A DNA stretch of 63,550 nt, the filler included, from Octopus bimaculoides (lineage: Eukaryota): the NCBI RefSeq assembly GCF_001194135.2. It is 6 parts of 6 records of this genome, joined end to end, with 100 filler letters (N's around TTAATTAATTAA, not from the genome) between each part and the next. Parts side by side here need not be neighbours in the genome. Positions count along the whole stretch, not along the records: positions 48,047 to 55,545 come from NC_068983.1; positions 55,646 to 63,550 come from NC_068985.1; 4 more parts are not named here. One strand, given 5' to 3'. The position numbers and the translations under genes are program-made. The notes beneath the pieces were generated by a model, which did no database searches, was not told the DNA's origin, and worked only from the letters and a program-made list of their open reading frames with translations. The first letter of the stretch is position 1, and each line of letters opens with the position of its first letter. Positions 51,739 through 63,550 of the stretch are shown piece by piece.

Positions 51739-52132
51739 AAGAACTCTAGTTTCATGTCAGTGTTAGTCAAGTAGATCTATTACTGTCGATCATTCCGTCT
51801 TTATCTTCAATATCTAACGAGTCATTTTTTTCAAGTTAGCAGTATTTTAGTTGAAGGAGATTTCGTTACAGTTTTTATAAGGTGATCTACTATATAAGGT
51901 TCTCTTCCTTCTTTTAAAAATTCACCCAAATCTCTCTTGTGGGCTTAATTCTTGAAAATTCTCACATCTCTATGAATTTCTGACGACTTCTGATATTGTT
52001 TAACCAGAAGTTTTTCGCCCGATGACTTTAGGAGATCCCCAAATACCTTTCCATGAGTATTACCTTCCATTTTTATTTTTTAAACACTCTCTCAACTCAC
52101 TTTTACCTTTTCATACACATACGTGTGTAATT

Positions 52133-52596
52133 TACGAGGGTGAGTCAAAAAGTAATGCCATTTTGTTTAGGACCAACACAGGAACATGTATTATACATCA
52201 AAATGAAGCTGGTCCATCCCTACTTCTCAACATAGTCACCGTTTCTCTCAATAGCAATGTTCCACTTTCGAATGAGAGCATGTATCCCTGCCCTGTAAAA
52301 TTCTGTTGACTGTTCTTTGAGCCACTTCTTCACTACAGCTTTCACTTCCACGTCACTGGAATAATATAGCACCTTCAGACTATCATCTCTTCGGCCCCAT
52401 GAAAGAGGGTTTGGGAGGCAGACATGCTCTCATTCGAAGGTGGAACATTGCTATTGAGAGAAATGGTGACTATGTTGAGAAGGAGGGATATGATCCACAG
52501 AGGACCAGCTTCATTTTGATGTATGATACATGTTCCTGTGTTGGTAATTATACCTGTCCTAAACAAAATGGCATTACTTTTTGACTCACTCTCGTA
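52133..52596. mobile_element. Mariner-derived non-autonomous element made of two inverted 3' ends
   Basis: TIRs TACGAGGGTGAGTCAAAAAGTAATGCCATTTTGTTT / AAACAAAATGGCATTACTTTTTGACTCACTCTCGTA, TA flanks; both arms encode the mariner C-terminus (HALIRxWNIAIERNGDYVEK). Confidence 0.9.
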
Positions 52597-53065
52597 GTTA
52601 GTAGCGGCACTGGTGTAACAGATTTAATCTGCTGTAGCAGCTGTGTTTGGTTGAAGGATTGTTGCTGCTTCTTCTATCGTTAAAGTTATCTTAGTAAGAG
52701 GTTTCATGCTCTTTCCCTTTCATCAAAGCAGCAGACCCTTTAGTGATGGTGCTACCACATGTGTAACAGCATGTTTCCGCATGCGTATGCATGTCTGTGT
52801 ATATATTTTATGTGCACATATGTACGTATATGTATGCATAAATACATATGTATGTATGTGCTCGTGAGTGTAACTTTAAAATTCTTTGTAAGCGCTTCTG
52901 CGTACCATATTAAGTGTCTTACCTGCTGCCCCATTCGCAATTTGTAAATGGAATTTTTCCTGCTCCATCTTATCCTTTCATTCTTTGTAACCCATAGTGA
53001 ATGTTTCGTATTGTTTTGCATCTCTTCGAATCCTTGTGGCAAATAAATAAAAACATTATTATTAT

Positions 53066-53136
<71 letters not shown>

Positions 53137-53862
53137 TTATTATTATTATTATTATTATTATTACATGCTCTTTCCAACCTTACAGAACACGGAACTTCGT
53201 TTACTTAAAACAAAATAAAAAAAAAATAAAATAAAAGAATAAAAAAAATCAATAATCCACGTCCATGCAAAACCAGAGACAAAGACAAAACAAACAAAAA
53301 CGAAACAAACAAGAAGAATCAACAAGAACAACAAGAACAACAACAACAACAACAGCAACATAAGCAACAACAGCAACCAGAAAAACGAAAAATAAAAAAT
53401 AAATACAAGACAAGTAAAACAATTCGGACGCTGAGAAAAACTCAACTCTTCCAAACGTCAGGAGATAATAACATAAGACATACTTTCAAGTTTGCTAAAA
53501 CTTGTGAACCTCTGGGAATATTGCAGCTGTCATGTGATAAGCACAATTTAATCAAGTAGAAATGTTAAGGAAATATATTTTATGGTTGTCACTCTCTCTC
53601 TCACTCATTTTTTCCCTCCATTTTGCTCCTTACAAGTAAATTGCTGCACATTTCTTTGCTTAATAATAATGATTATATTCGTGTGAGTTGAGTCACAAGG
53701 AAGATAGTTTCACTGATAAACTTAATAGAAAACGATGGGGGAAAGAGCTTTTGTGTATGGTGTATTTTTCTATGAACAGCTTAGTCATAACTACAAAGAT
53801 CTTTTGGTGTGGATGTGTGTGTGTGTGTGTGCATGTATATGTGCGTCTGTGTATGTGCGTCC

Positions 53863-53917
<55 letters not shown>

Positions 53918-54166
53918 GCGTCCATGTGTGATATGGAAACGTATGCGTGCACTCCGCACATAAGGATATACATACATATACAAATCTCTCTCACTATGTA
54001 TGTATATATATATATATGTGCACGCACATACACACAATCACATCATATACACACTTATAAACAGACATATGCATACATGTATAATGTATACATACATACA
54101 TAAATATGTATATAGACATATAGATATATACATAGACACACATATATAAACACATTTAGATACATG

Positions 54167-54244
<78 letters not shown>

Positions 54245-55690
54245 TATATGCACCCACATACATATTAGTGTGGTGTGTATATGTTTGTGTGTACGTGTGC
54301 GTGTCTGCATGTATGTGTGTGTGTGTGTGTGTGTAATTTCATTCTTATGAGTAAACATAATTTGATGAAATACTTATATCCAAATTCGTACATATATAAG
54401 TATATATGTATGTGTATGTATGTGTGTGTGTAGTGTGTGTGTGTGTGCATGTGTGTCTGTATTCCCGCACACACACATACACACACATATATATTGAACT
54501 GTGTCTCAATACAAGAGAGTGTATTTAATATATGGTGTAGTTTATTATTTTTGTTTTTTTTCGAACTGAATTTTGTCTCCCGTGATTCGGTTTTCATGCC
54601 ATTGTTATCACCAAGCGAGATCGTCTTCTAACGGCATTCATGTTGATTTTATATACATCAGAGTGAGTTCATTCTTTTGTATACGGCTATCATTTTCAAT
54701 GGTTGGTTTTTAATGTTGTGTTATATTACTGCGTTGTGTATTGTATTCGTTCTTTCATTTGTCATTTCGTCGCTCCTTCTAGTTTTGCACGGCACGGTCA
54801 GCTTTGCTGTTCCTTACCTGCATGCACTTTTTATCAGCCCCTGTTTTCCTCATGCTATTCTTTGAAGTTATTTTTCTGCACATCGTTTTCCATTGGAAAT
54901 TCTTTAATAACTCTGTTTCTATTTGTCGATTTGGAAATCGAATCTTGTTGTGCTGAGCCGTATCCATAGGGGTACTTATCTGTTTATTGCTAATTCATCG
55001 GGTGGATCGTTAGCTATCCTTTAAGTTCTTTGATTACACTATTCATATACCCAATTTCTAAAGTTCTATGTATTTCAAAATTACTTCACATCTGAAGTAG
55101 CTAAAGAAATTTTGATATACACTATAGAGGACGTATTATGTATTTGATGTCGCTAAATTGTCATTCGTTTCTTTCTCTTACTTTACTGGTTGTTTGTTGT
55201 TCCGTTAGTATTGCCGTTGTTTTATTTTTACTATTATTTCCGCTGCGGCTGTGTTACTGGATATCTACTCAGATTGCATTCTGGACCAGTTTTTAAAAGT
55301 GAATTTATTCTGGCGTCTGCTATGTGATATTATATCGTTAACTCTGTTGTGCAAGGATATTTGATGCGTAATTGTTTGATATTTTCTATGGTGCACTCAG
55401 GGGAGCGTATCTTGAAAAATACTTTATGCAAAGGTTGACGCTATCATTGCATATATAATGATATTACTCTCTCGCTGCTCTTATCATTTTTGTCCGTATA
55501 TTACACTTACGCTAAGGGAGGTAATAATTCATATATATATATATANNNNNNNNNNNNNNNNNNNNNNNNNNNNNNNNNNNNNNNNNNNNTTAATTAATTA
55601 ANNNNNNNNNNNNNNNNNNNNNNNNNNNNNNNNNNNNNNNNNNNNGATAAACCTTTACCCTTTTAATTTGTAATAATATATATATATATA

Positions 55691-56545
55691 TTCCGTTGGC
55701 AACTAGGTTCCCGCCGCTCTTTTAAATTTTGGAATTTATTGCGTTTTCAAATTTTGGAGTCTATTTTTTTCCAGAATTCTATTTTTGAATCGAGGCCGCC
55801 AAAGCTGCTCGCGACATTTGTGCTGTGTATGGGGAGGGTGCTATAGTTGAAAGAACCACTCGTGATTGGTATGCCAAGTTCAAAAATGGAAATGTTGACC
55901 TCAAAGACGTACCTCGTTCTGGACGTTGATTTCAATGAAGAGCGATTAAACCAACATTTGCACGAAAATTCTCGTCAAACGACAAGGAAACTGGCAGAGA
56001 AAATGAAAATGCTCCGACACTTCTATAGAGAAGCATTTTCACTCGATGGGAAAGGTTCGGAAGTATGGAGCATGGGTTCCGCATACTTTAAGTAACATCA
56101 ACTAACGACAATATCCGCTGGTTTACTTGCTCGACACCGCTCAACTCATGCACACAGGCATCGATTCCTTTGCCGAATTGTTACTAGCTACGAAAAATGG
56201 TGCCTGCACATTAATATGAAGCAGCGTTAGGAATGGCTTAGCCCCGGTAAACAAGCGACACCTCGAAACAAGATCTTCATCTGCGTAAAACGATGTTGTG
56301 CCTATAGTGGGACTGGCAAGGGATTATCCATTAGGAATTGCTTGAACGGAACCAAACGGTCAACGCGGAACTCTATGTTCAACAGATGGAACGACTCAAC
56401 ACGGTTATGCAAGAGAAAAGACCTAACCGGCAGCATGGAGTTCATCTGCTGCACGACAACTCCCACCTGATATCACCAATAGGACCAAGGACGCCATTGA
56501 AACGCATGGCTGGGATGTTCGCCACACCCGCCGTGACTACATTAT
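55691..56545 (+). mobile_element. Mariner transposon, degraded and deleted transposase
   Basis: EAAKAARDICAVYGEGAIVERTTRDWYAKFKNGNVDLKDVPRSG; IVTSYEKW (first catalytic D lost); ELLERNQTVNAELYVQQMERL..LLHDN; stops and frameshifts. Confidence 0.9.
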
Positions 56546-56789
56546 TGATTAATTAGTTGTTATTTTTTGTTAAACCTTTTAAGAGATTTAAATTTATCTT
56601 AGCTTCAATGATAGAAGAAAGCAGGAAGAATTTCATCGTATTGGTCCCTTGCAACAAAAGTTTGTATCAAAGACATTGTGAGGTAAAATATCTTGAAAAA
56701 ATATATGACAAAAAATTATCAAAGACACCGCTAATTGACATAGTTGACACATTATTAATTAGCATAATACCATAGCCTGGAAAAACATG

Positions 56790-57667
56790 GATACATGGGA
56801 AAATGGGAGCAAGAGAAATACTATTCTTAAGTTTATAAACTGGAGAAGTACAGGACAAGTTATTACACTTGGAAAAGATCAGGACAAGTTATTACATCTG
56901 GTAAAGTACAGAACAAGAACATTTTTACATACAACATTGCAGCCAAGGATAACATTTGAATATTAAGAACTATTTTATTTTAATTTAGAAAGTAGCATTA
57001 TAATTAAAAAAAGGTACCATCATTTAGTTAAAATGTTCACACCCTAGAATACTTTAAAAATGCAAGCCAGAAGCGTCAAAATAGTTTAAGTATTATAAGT
57101 AGAATAGTATATATGGTACACAAATCCATTATACAAAATATAGGAATTGTCAAGGCTAAAAATGTGAAAATTTGGCAACAATTTAGACAATAATTAAAGC
57201 AAATGTTGTTGTGAATTGGTTGTTATAGGTAGATTTTTATTGTAATATAAAACTATTTTTTGTACGATTCTATGTATTGTACTAACTAATGAGGTACTAC
57301 TATTATTTTTTATAACTTATTTTCAAATTTCTAATTATTAATTGATTATTAAAAAAATGAATTGTTTTAAGTTCAAAAAAGTTATATTTAATTTTTAATA
57401 GAAGTAACATGTAATAATATAGAAGCAATAACTTGTAGTAAATGTTTTACTTTTAATAAAATCTAATATTTTCTAAATCTAAATACTTTGATTATTTTTT
57501 TTTCCTTTGCTGCAATATTTTAGGTAAACATTTTCTTGTTCTGTACTTTTACAAGTTGTAGTAACTTGTCCTGAACTTTTCGAAGTGTAATAACTTTTTC
57601 TATACTTCTCCAGGTTTATAGTGTTAAGAATATTATTTCTCTTGATCGCATATTTCCATGCAATCTG
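56790..57667. mobile_element. Old foldback/MITE with ~175-bp imperfect TIRs containing ~30-bp subrepeats
   Basis: 56793-56965 is the reverse complement of ~57490-57660 (CAAGAGAAATA.TATTCTTAA..TATAAAC.GGAGAAGTA.AG..AAGTTATTACACTT.GAAAAG.TCAGGACAAGTTA.TACA); AT-rich interior. Confidence 0.75.
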
Positions 57668-57713
<46 letters not shown>

Positions 57714-58703
57714 CGCCTTGTATGTGTGAAAAACAGTTGTTATATAACCCTTTATTCAGTAACCAACTCAGATAGATTGAACTTGGAAGCACTATTTGTC
57801 AAGATTCTAATTTTCTCTTTATTTCTGGTAAGATTTCTGTGAGATTTCAGTATTGTACAAGGTTGTCTCAAAATTCTCAATTATTTATGTGCCAAATGTT
57901 GTCACATTTCCTCAATTCACTAACCCTCGCTTGAACCGTATTGTCGTTATATTGATGATTCATTCTGTCAACAAATATCTCGACAGAGAGAAACTTTATA
58001 GCTTCATCCCTTATAAAATGGAAATCACTCTTTCAATAGCACTTGTCATCTGAAACAACTTTCTGATTGTTTATCTGCCCCCCCTCTCTCTCTCTCTCCC
58101 TCTCTAGATATCTCTCTCTCCCTCTCTCTATCTCTCTCTCTCTCACACACACGGACATACACACACCTGTCCACCATTTGAACTCCGTTCACTGAAATCC
58201 CACTGTTTCCTTCTCTTATCGCGATTATTTTCTGGTTCTGTCTTCAAATTCACTGGCAATAGAGCATTGAGTTGAATCAGAATATATCTAATGAAATTTA
58301 TCGATCACTAGTGAATATCGAAATTCAGACGACAAGGCCATTGAAGAAATCACATTTTTTTCTAAAAAATAAACACATGGTTTCTGACAGGATAGAAGTT
58401 TCCTTCACCTTTAGCAAGACAATCTTCCAGCTTACATTCAAGTTCTGATTTCTAACATAATAACCATTGACGTTATAGTTCAAATAGTTTTCCTGATCGA
58501 ATAAAAAATGTTGATTACATCCTCCTACAGAGCTACATGCATTATGCTTGGATTGCTGGATATTGATGCCAACTGGAATGCAAGACAACATCCTTATATG
58601 AAAGATACTCCCTGTATTATATTCAGTCATTAAATTTCAGTTTTTTTCTTTTATCTCTAAAACAATATCTTTATAAGAAAGCATTTTTCTTTATTTCTGT
58701 CAG

Positions 58704-58851
58704 TTTCAGTTTCATTTGTAACATGTTTTAAATATTATCAGCTTGTGAAGAATGACTTCATAAGAATTCTTTTAGCATCTATTTTAGCGTATGTCTTTCC
58801 CAGTAGTGCATGTGAAGAAGTGTCAGATCGTGCCCCAAATTATCTTGATGC
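58704..58851 (+). CDS. Candidate internal exon, product unknown (SVSFVTCFKYYQLVKNDFIRILLASILAYVFPSSACEEVSDRAPNYLD)
   Basis: Acceptor TTTTTCTTTATTTCTGTCAG|, 148 nt open, donor GC|GTGAGT; non-repetitive. No homology recognised. Confidence 0.3.
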
Positions 58852-59262
58852 GTGAGTATATGTGCTTCAACGTATATAAGTCTTTGTTAAGTTCCACAGA
58901 AGACTCCATGTTTGTTTATCACGCTTGTATGAGACAGACATTTCTTATGCTCACTGACCCAATGAAAGCTTACCTTCCAGAAACCTAATATACATAACTT
59001 TTGTTGTTTGCTAACATGTGCATGCATGTCTGTGCATGTATGAGATAGTATAAGCATACATGCGTATATATTCACATGTATATGCATACATAAATGCTAG
59101 TGTGTGTGTATGTATGGTGTAGGAGAGAGTATGACAGTTTATAGGGGATACAGATTTATATCGTATATAGAGAGAAAATGAGCGCCTCCGATGAAGAAAT
59201 TGATAAGGTATAGATTGTAAAGATGGGAAAAACAGAGAAAGAGAGTGAGAGAAAGAGAGAGT

Positions 59263-59314
<52 letters not shown>

Positions 59315-60031
59315 TAGATAGATAGAGAGAGAGAGAGGGAGGGAGAGAGAGAGAGAGTGTGAGAGAGAGAGTGTGAGAGAGAGAGAGAGAGAGAGAAATG
59401 TGTGTATGTTTCTGTGTGTGTGAAGGGCTCTGAAAAGTATTTCCGGCTTCATTGTAAATATCATTGCCATAATTTACATTGACTTATGCTAACAAGGTAT
59501 ATCTTCTCTTTACAAAACAAAAGGAGAATGACAATAATTAATCAAACTTTGGTACAATGGCTCGTGCTAAATATAACAATTTGCTTTTGTGTTCTGAATG
59601 TGATATGTTTAGATGGTTTTTCAATGTACGAGGCATTGATTACCAATAGATTGTCAAGACAAACAGAATGCGAAAGACTCACAGAATCAAGGGAAATTAA
59701 CAGTGATGATATAAAATCACTGAATAAAAATTCTGGCTGAATTCCTTTTCTTTTTAGCCATTGACGTTGACTACATTGCCTGGAGATATACGTTTTCTGA
59801 ATATTTATTATTAGCTGTTAATATATTTTAAAGACTACAGCAATTTCAACTATGAGAATAAGCACATATAACGACAATATTAAGAATACTTGATTGGCAT
59901 TTTCAGGTCCATATTTCCATGTTAGTGTATATGCTTTCAGTGATGTGTATGTTAACTACAGCATTAGAGCATTTTAGATCGTATTTCTAGCAATGTAGGT
60001 GTTTCGTAACACTATAGTCACATTTCCTGGC

Positions 60032-60069
<38 letters not shown>

Positions 60070-61171
60070 GCGTGTGTACGTGTGTGTATGTATGTATGTT
60101 TGTATATACGCCTTATGTGATAAACACAGTATTTAGTTTTATGAGTTACTAATAACTTAATGCTAAAAACAGAATCAGACATCATTTTACAACACGTCTG
60201 ATGCCTTCATACATACATACATACNNNNNNNNNNNNNNNNNNNNNNNNNNNNNNNNNNNNNNNNNNNNNNNNNNNNNNNNNNNNNNNNNNNNNNNNNNNN
60301 NNNNNNNNNNNNNNNNNNNNNNNNNNNNNNNNNNNNNNNNNNNNNNNNNNNNNNNNNNNNNNNNNNNNNNNNNNNNNNNNNNNNNNNNNNNNNNNNNNNN
60401 NNNNNNNNNNNNNNNNNNNNNNNNNNNNNNNNNNNNNNNNNNNNNNNNNNNNNNNNNNNNNNNNNNNNNNNNNNNNNNNNNNNNNNNNNNNNNNNNNNNN
60501 NNNNNNNNNNNNNNNNNNNNNNNNNNNNNNNNNNNNNNNNNNNNNNNNNNNNNNNNNNNNNNNNNNNNNNTAATATGGGTGACTAATTTGCAATTTTACA
60601 ATTTAAAGGCAGAAATATAGACGTCACATAAATGAATAAAGGATATTCATCAGCCCCAGTATTGCTAGAACAACTCAGTGACACAGAATCACTAGTCATT
60701 AAGATAGTGCATATGCTGTTATTGAGTTCACTTTGACTCTTATTTCTAGCAATATTGGGTGCTGATTAGTGCCCGTTGTTCACTTTAGTGACGTCTATAT
60801 TTCTGCCGTTTTGTTGTAAAATTGCAAATTAGCCACTAATACTATTTATGATATTCACTGTCAAAGGTTATAAAATCAACGTATGATTTCGACTGAAATC
60901 TTTAAGCTGACATGGTGGGATAATTTTGACGCTAGGTGAAGTGAGAGCCACCGATGAGCATTCAATTGCATTAAGCATCAAAGGGCAAATTCCTCGATAA
61001 TCCGGTCATATCTGCGACCGACCGTAGGCAGCTTGTCTCCCTTGTCAACCATTAAGATAATGTTACTGAGGCTACTGACTTGTTTTGACTCTTATTTCTA
61101 GGAATACTGGTACTGATTGGTGCACTTTGTTCAGGTTAGTGACATCTATATATGTATGTTGTATGTATATA

Positions 61172-61216
<45 letters not shown>

Positions 61217-62508
61217 CTATCTATATATTTATAAATATATGTATATATATANNNNNNNNNNNNNNNNNNNNNNNNNNNNNNNNNNNNNNNNNNNNNNNNN
61301 NNNNNNNNNNNNNNNNNNNNNNNNNNNNNNNNNNNNNNNNNNNNNNNNNNNNNNNNNNNNNNNNNNNNNNNNNNNNNNNNNNNNNNNNNNNNNNNNNNNN
61401 NNNNNNNNNNNNNNNNNNNNNNNNNNNNNNNNNNNNNNNNNNNNNNNNNNNNNNNNNNNNNNNNNNNNNNNNNNNNNNNNNNNNNNNNNNNNNNNNNNNN
61501 NNNNNNNNNNNNNNNNNNNNNNNNNNNNNNNNNNNNNNNNNNNNNNNNNNNNNNNNNNNNNNNNNNNNNNNNNNNNNNNNNNNNNNNNNNNNNNNNNNNN
61601 NNNNNNNNNNNNNNNNNNNNNNNNNNNNNNNNNNNNNNNNNNNNNNNNNNNNNNNNNNNNNNNNNNNNNNNNNNNNNNNNNNNNNNNNNNNNNNNNNNNN
61701 NNNNNNNNNNNNNNNNNNNNNNNNNNNNNNNNNNNNNNNNNNNNNNNNNNNNNNNNNNNNNNNNNNNNNNNNNNNNNNNNNNNNNNNNNNNNNNNNNNNN
61801 NNNNNNNNNNNNNNNNNNNNNNNNNNNNNNNNNNNNNNNNNNNNNNNNNNNNNNNNNNNNNNNNNNNNNNNNNNNNNNNNNNNNNNNNNNNNNNNNNNNN
61901 NNNNNNNNNNNNNNNNNNNNNNNNNNNNNNNNNNNNNNNNNNNNNNNNNNNNNNNNNNNNNNNNNNNNNNNNNNNNNNNNNNNNNNNNNNNNNNNNNNNN
62001 NNNNNNNNNNNNNNNNNNNNNNNNNNNNNNNNNNNNNNNNNNNNNNNNNNNNNNNNNTATATGCATATATATATACAGAGCCGTCGCATGACTTTTAGAG
62101 GCCCCCTGCAACTTTTTTGTTTCGAGGCCGCATCTCTTCAATCACAATACATAATCTTCGCACCTTTATTATCTGCAGAAGAACAAACATAGTATCTTAC
62201 ATATCGTTGTATTTGAGAATTATCACAGCAAACTCTGCCCTAATAATTCTAAAATACAACACGTGAAAAAACAAATGGTATATTTTTTCTACCCCTCTCT
62301 ACATAGATATATACACATACAAACTCCCGTTAGCGTGTGTGCGTACGAATGCGCACACTTTGTTTATGGTACAGAAACAATTTTGTCTGCAGCTTTTATT
62401 GCTTTAGGAGGTTGCAGGCCAATGTTCTGGGTACAAAGTAATCATCTTTTGAACGTCAAATGACACCGCCAAATATATATATGTGTCTATATATATATAT
62501 ACACATAC

Positions 62509-62541
<33 letters not shown>

Positions 62542-63054
62542 CGTGTGTGTGTGTGTGTGTGCGTGTGTGCGTGTGTGTGCGTGTTTCTATATGAGTCAGA
62601 GGTTAAGCATCCATCTAAGGGATGATAAATATCCAACATACTACTGGATGTATACACATATTTATATTCAAGTGCTTACTATTGCAAGGCAGTATCGCAA
62701 TTGAATGACACGTATGACAGAACTTATAAGGCAAATAAGAAAATGGAGAGGATAATCAATCGACAGACATCAGCCCGTAACATTCCTTTGAATCTATTTA
62801 TTGATTACAATCATATGTATAAGAAATCAAAATAAACAAATAAGATAACAAATAAACAAATAAATAGATAAATAAAAATAAATAAATGAATAAGAATAAA
62901 TTAGTGAAAATGCTAAACTCCTACAGCTGTATCTACTATGGGGTTGTCCATTTTGGCAAGTTTTCCTCATCATGCCGATAATATAAAGGGATTGTAGAAA
63001 GGTTGAACAAACATTGGACAAGTGATGGACAATGATTGAGACCCAAAGATTCTT

Positions 63055-63123
63055 AATAATAATAATAATAAAAATAATAATAATAATAATAAAAATAATA
63101 AAAATAATAATAATAAAAATAAA

Positions 63124-63182
<59 letters not shown>
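63055..63182. repeat. (AAT)n microsatellite
   Basis: Seen directly; abuts the LINE fragment. Confidence 0.95.
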
Positions 63183-63184
<2 letters not shown>

Positions 63185-63185
63185 C

Positions 63186-63550
63186 ATGCCAGCAATGCAT
63201 AAAAAGCTGGCAGAAGACTTTAAAAACATAATAGCAGATCCAGAGACAATGCCTGAATGGCTCACAAAAGGGAAAACCATCTTAATCCCCAAATCCACGG
63301 AAACGGAGAAACCACAAAACTATAGACCTATAACCTGTCTCCCTACGATCTACAAAGCCTTTACTGCAATAATATCGCAGAGTTTGAGTAAACACCTGGA
63401 AAATAACAACCTGTTTCCAGAAGAGCAGAAGGGATGCTGCAGGGACTCATACGGCTGTAAAGATCAATTATTGATCAATAAAGCCATAACTGAAGACAGC
63501 CGCAGAAAGAAGAAAGGCCTCAGTATGGCCTGGGTGGACTACCAAAAGGC
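63186..63550 (+). mobile_element. R4/Dong-clade LINE reverse transcriptase, 5'-truncated, continues beyond the window
   Basis: 121 stop-free codons: ...PEWLTKGKTILIPKSTETEKPQNYRPITCLPTIYKAFTAII...EEQKGCCRDSYGCKDQLLINKAI...SMAWVDYQK (N-terminal RT subdomains). Confidence 0.9.

Noticed and set aside
62920-63054. Possible CR1 remnant (CPFW..PHHADNIKGL)
   Set aside because: Too short and degenerate to support.

Overview
Repeat-dense, gappy eukaryotic scaffold, most likely cephalopod (octopus-like: tRNA- and RTE-derived SINEs, very high microsatellite load, TTAGGG repeats). I could not identify any protein-coding gene with confidence. Nearly all ORFs in the track come from microsatellites or N-gaps. 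Supportable content: (i) several SINE families; (ii) decayed LINE fragments of RTE, CR1, R4/Dong and HERO type, plus a stop-free R4/Dong RT fragment running off the window end; (iii) Tc1/mariner remnants and several MITE/foldback elements; (iv) a few candidate exons. The most interesting signals are six short type-I hammerhead-ribozyme-like motifs from five unrelated repeat contexts. One has a canonical core (49008-49057) and one family shares a CUGUGGA core variant; several have the palindromic stem III known from dimer-cleaving Penelope-like-element ribozymes. Also notable are a set of (AAT)n-anchored retroelements, including an unclassified 560-bp family, and a MITE with an 8-bp TSD that carries a perfect telomeric palindrome. 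All folds and alignments were done by eye; long-repeat coordinates are approximate to about 10-20 nt.
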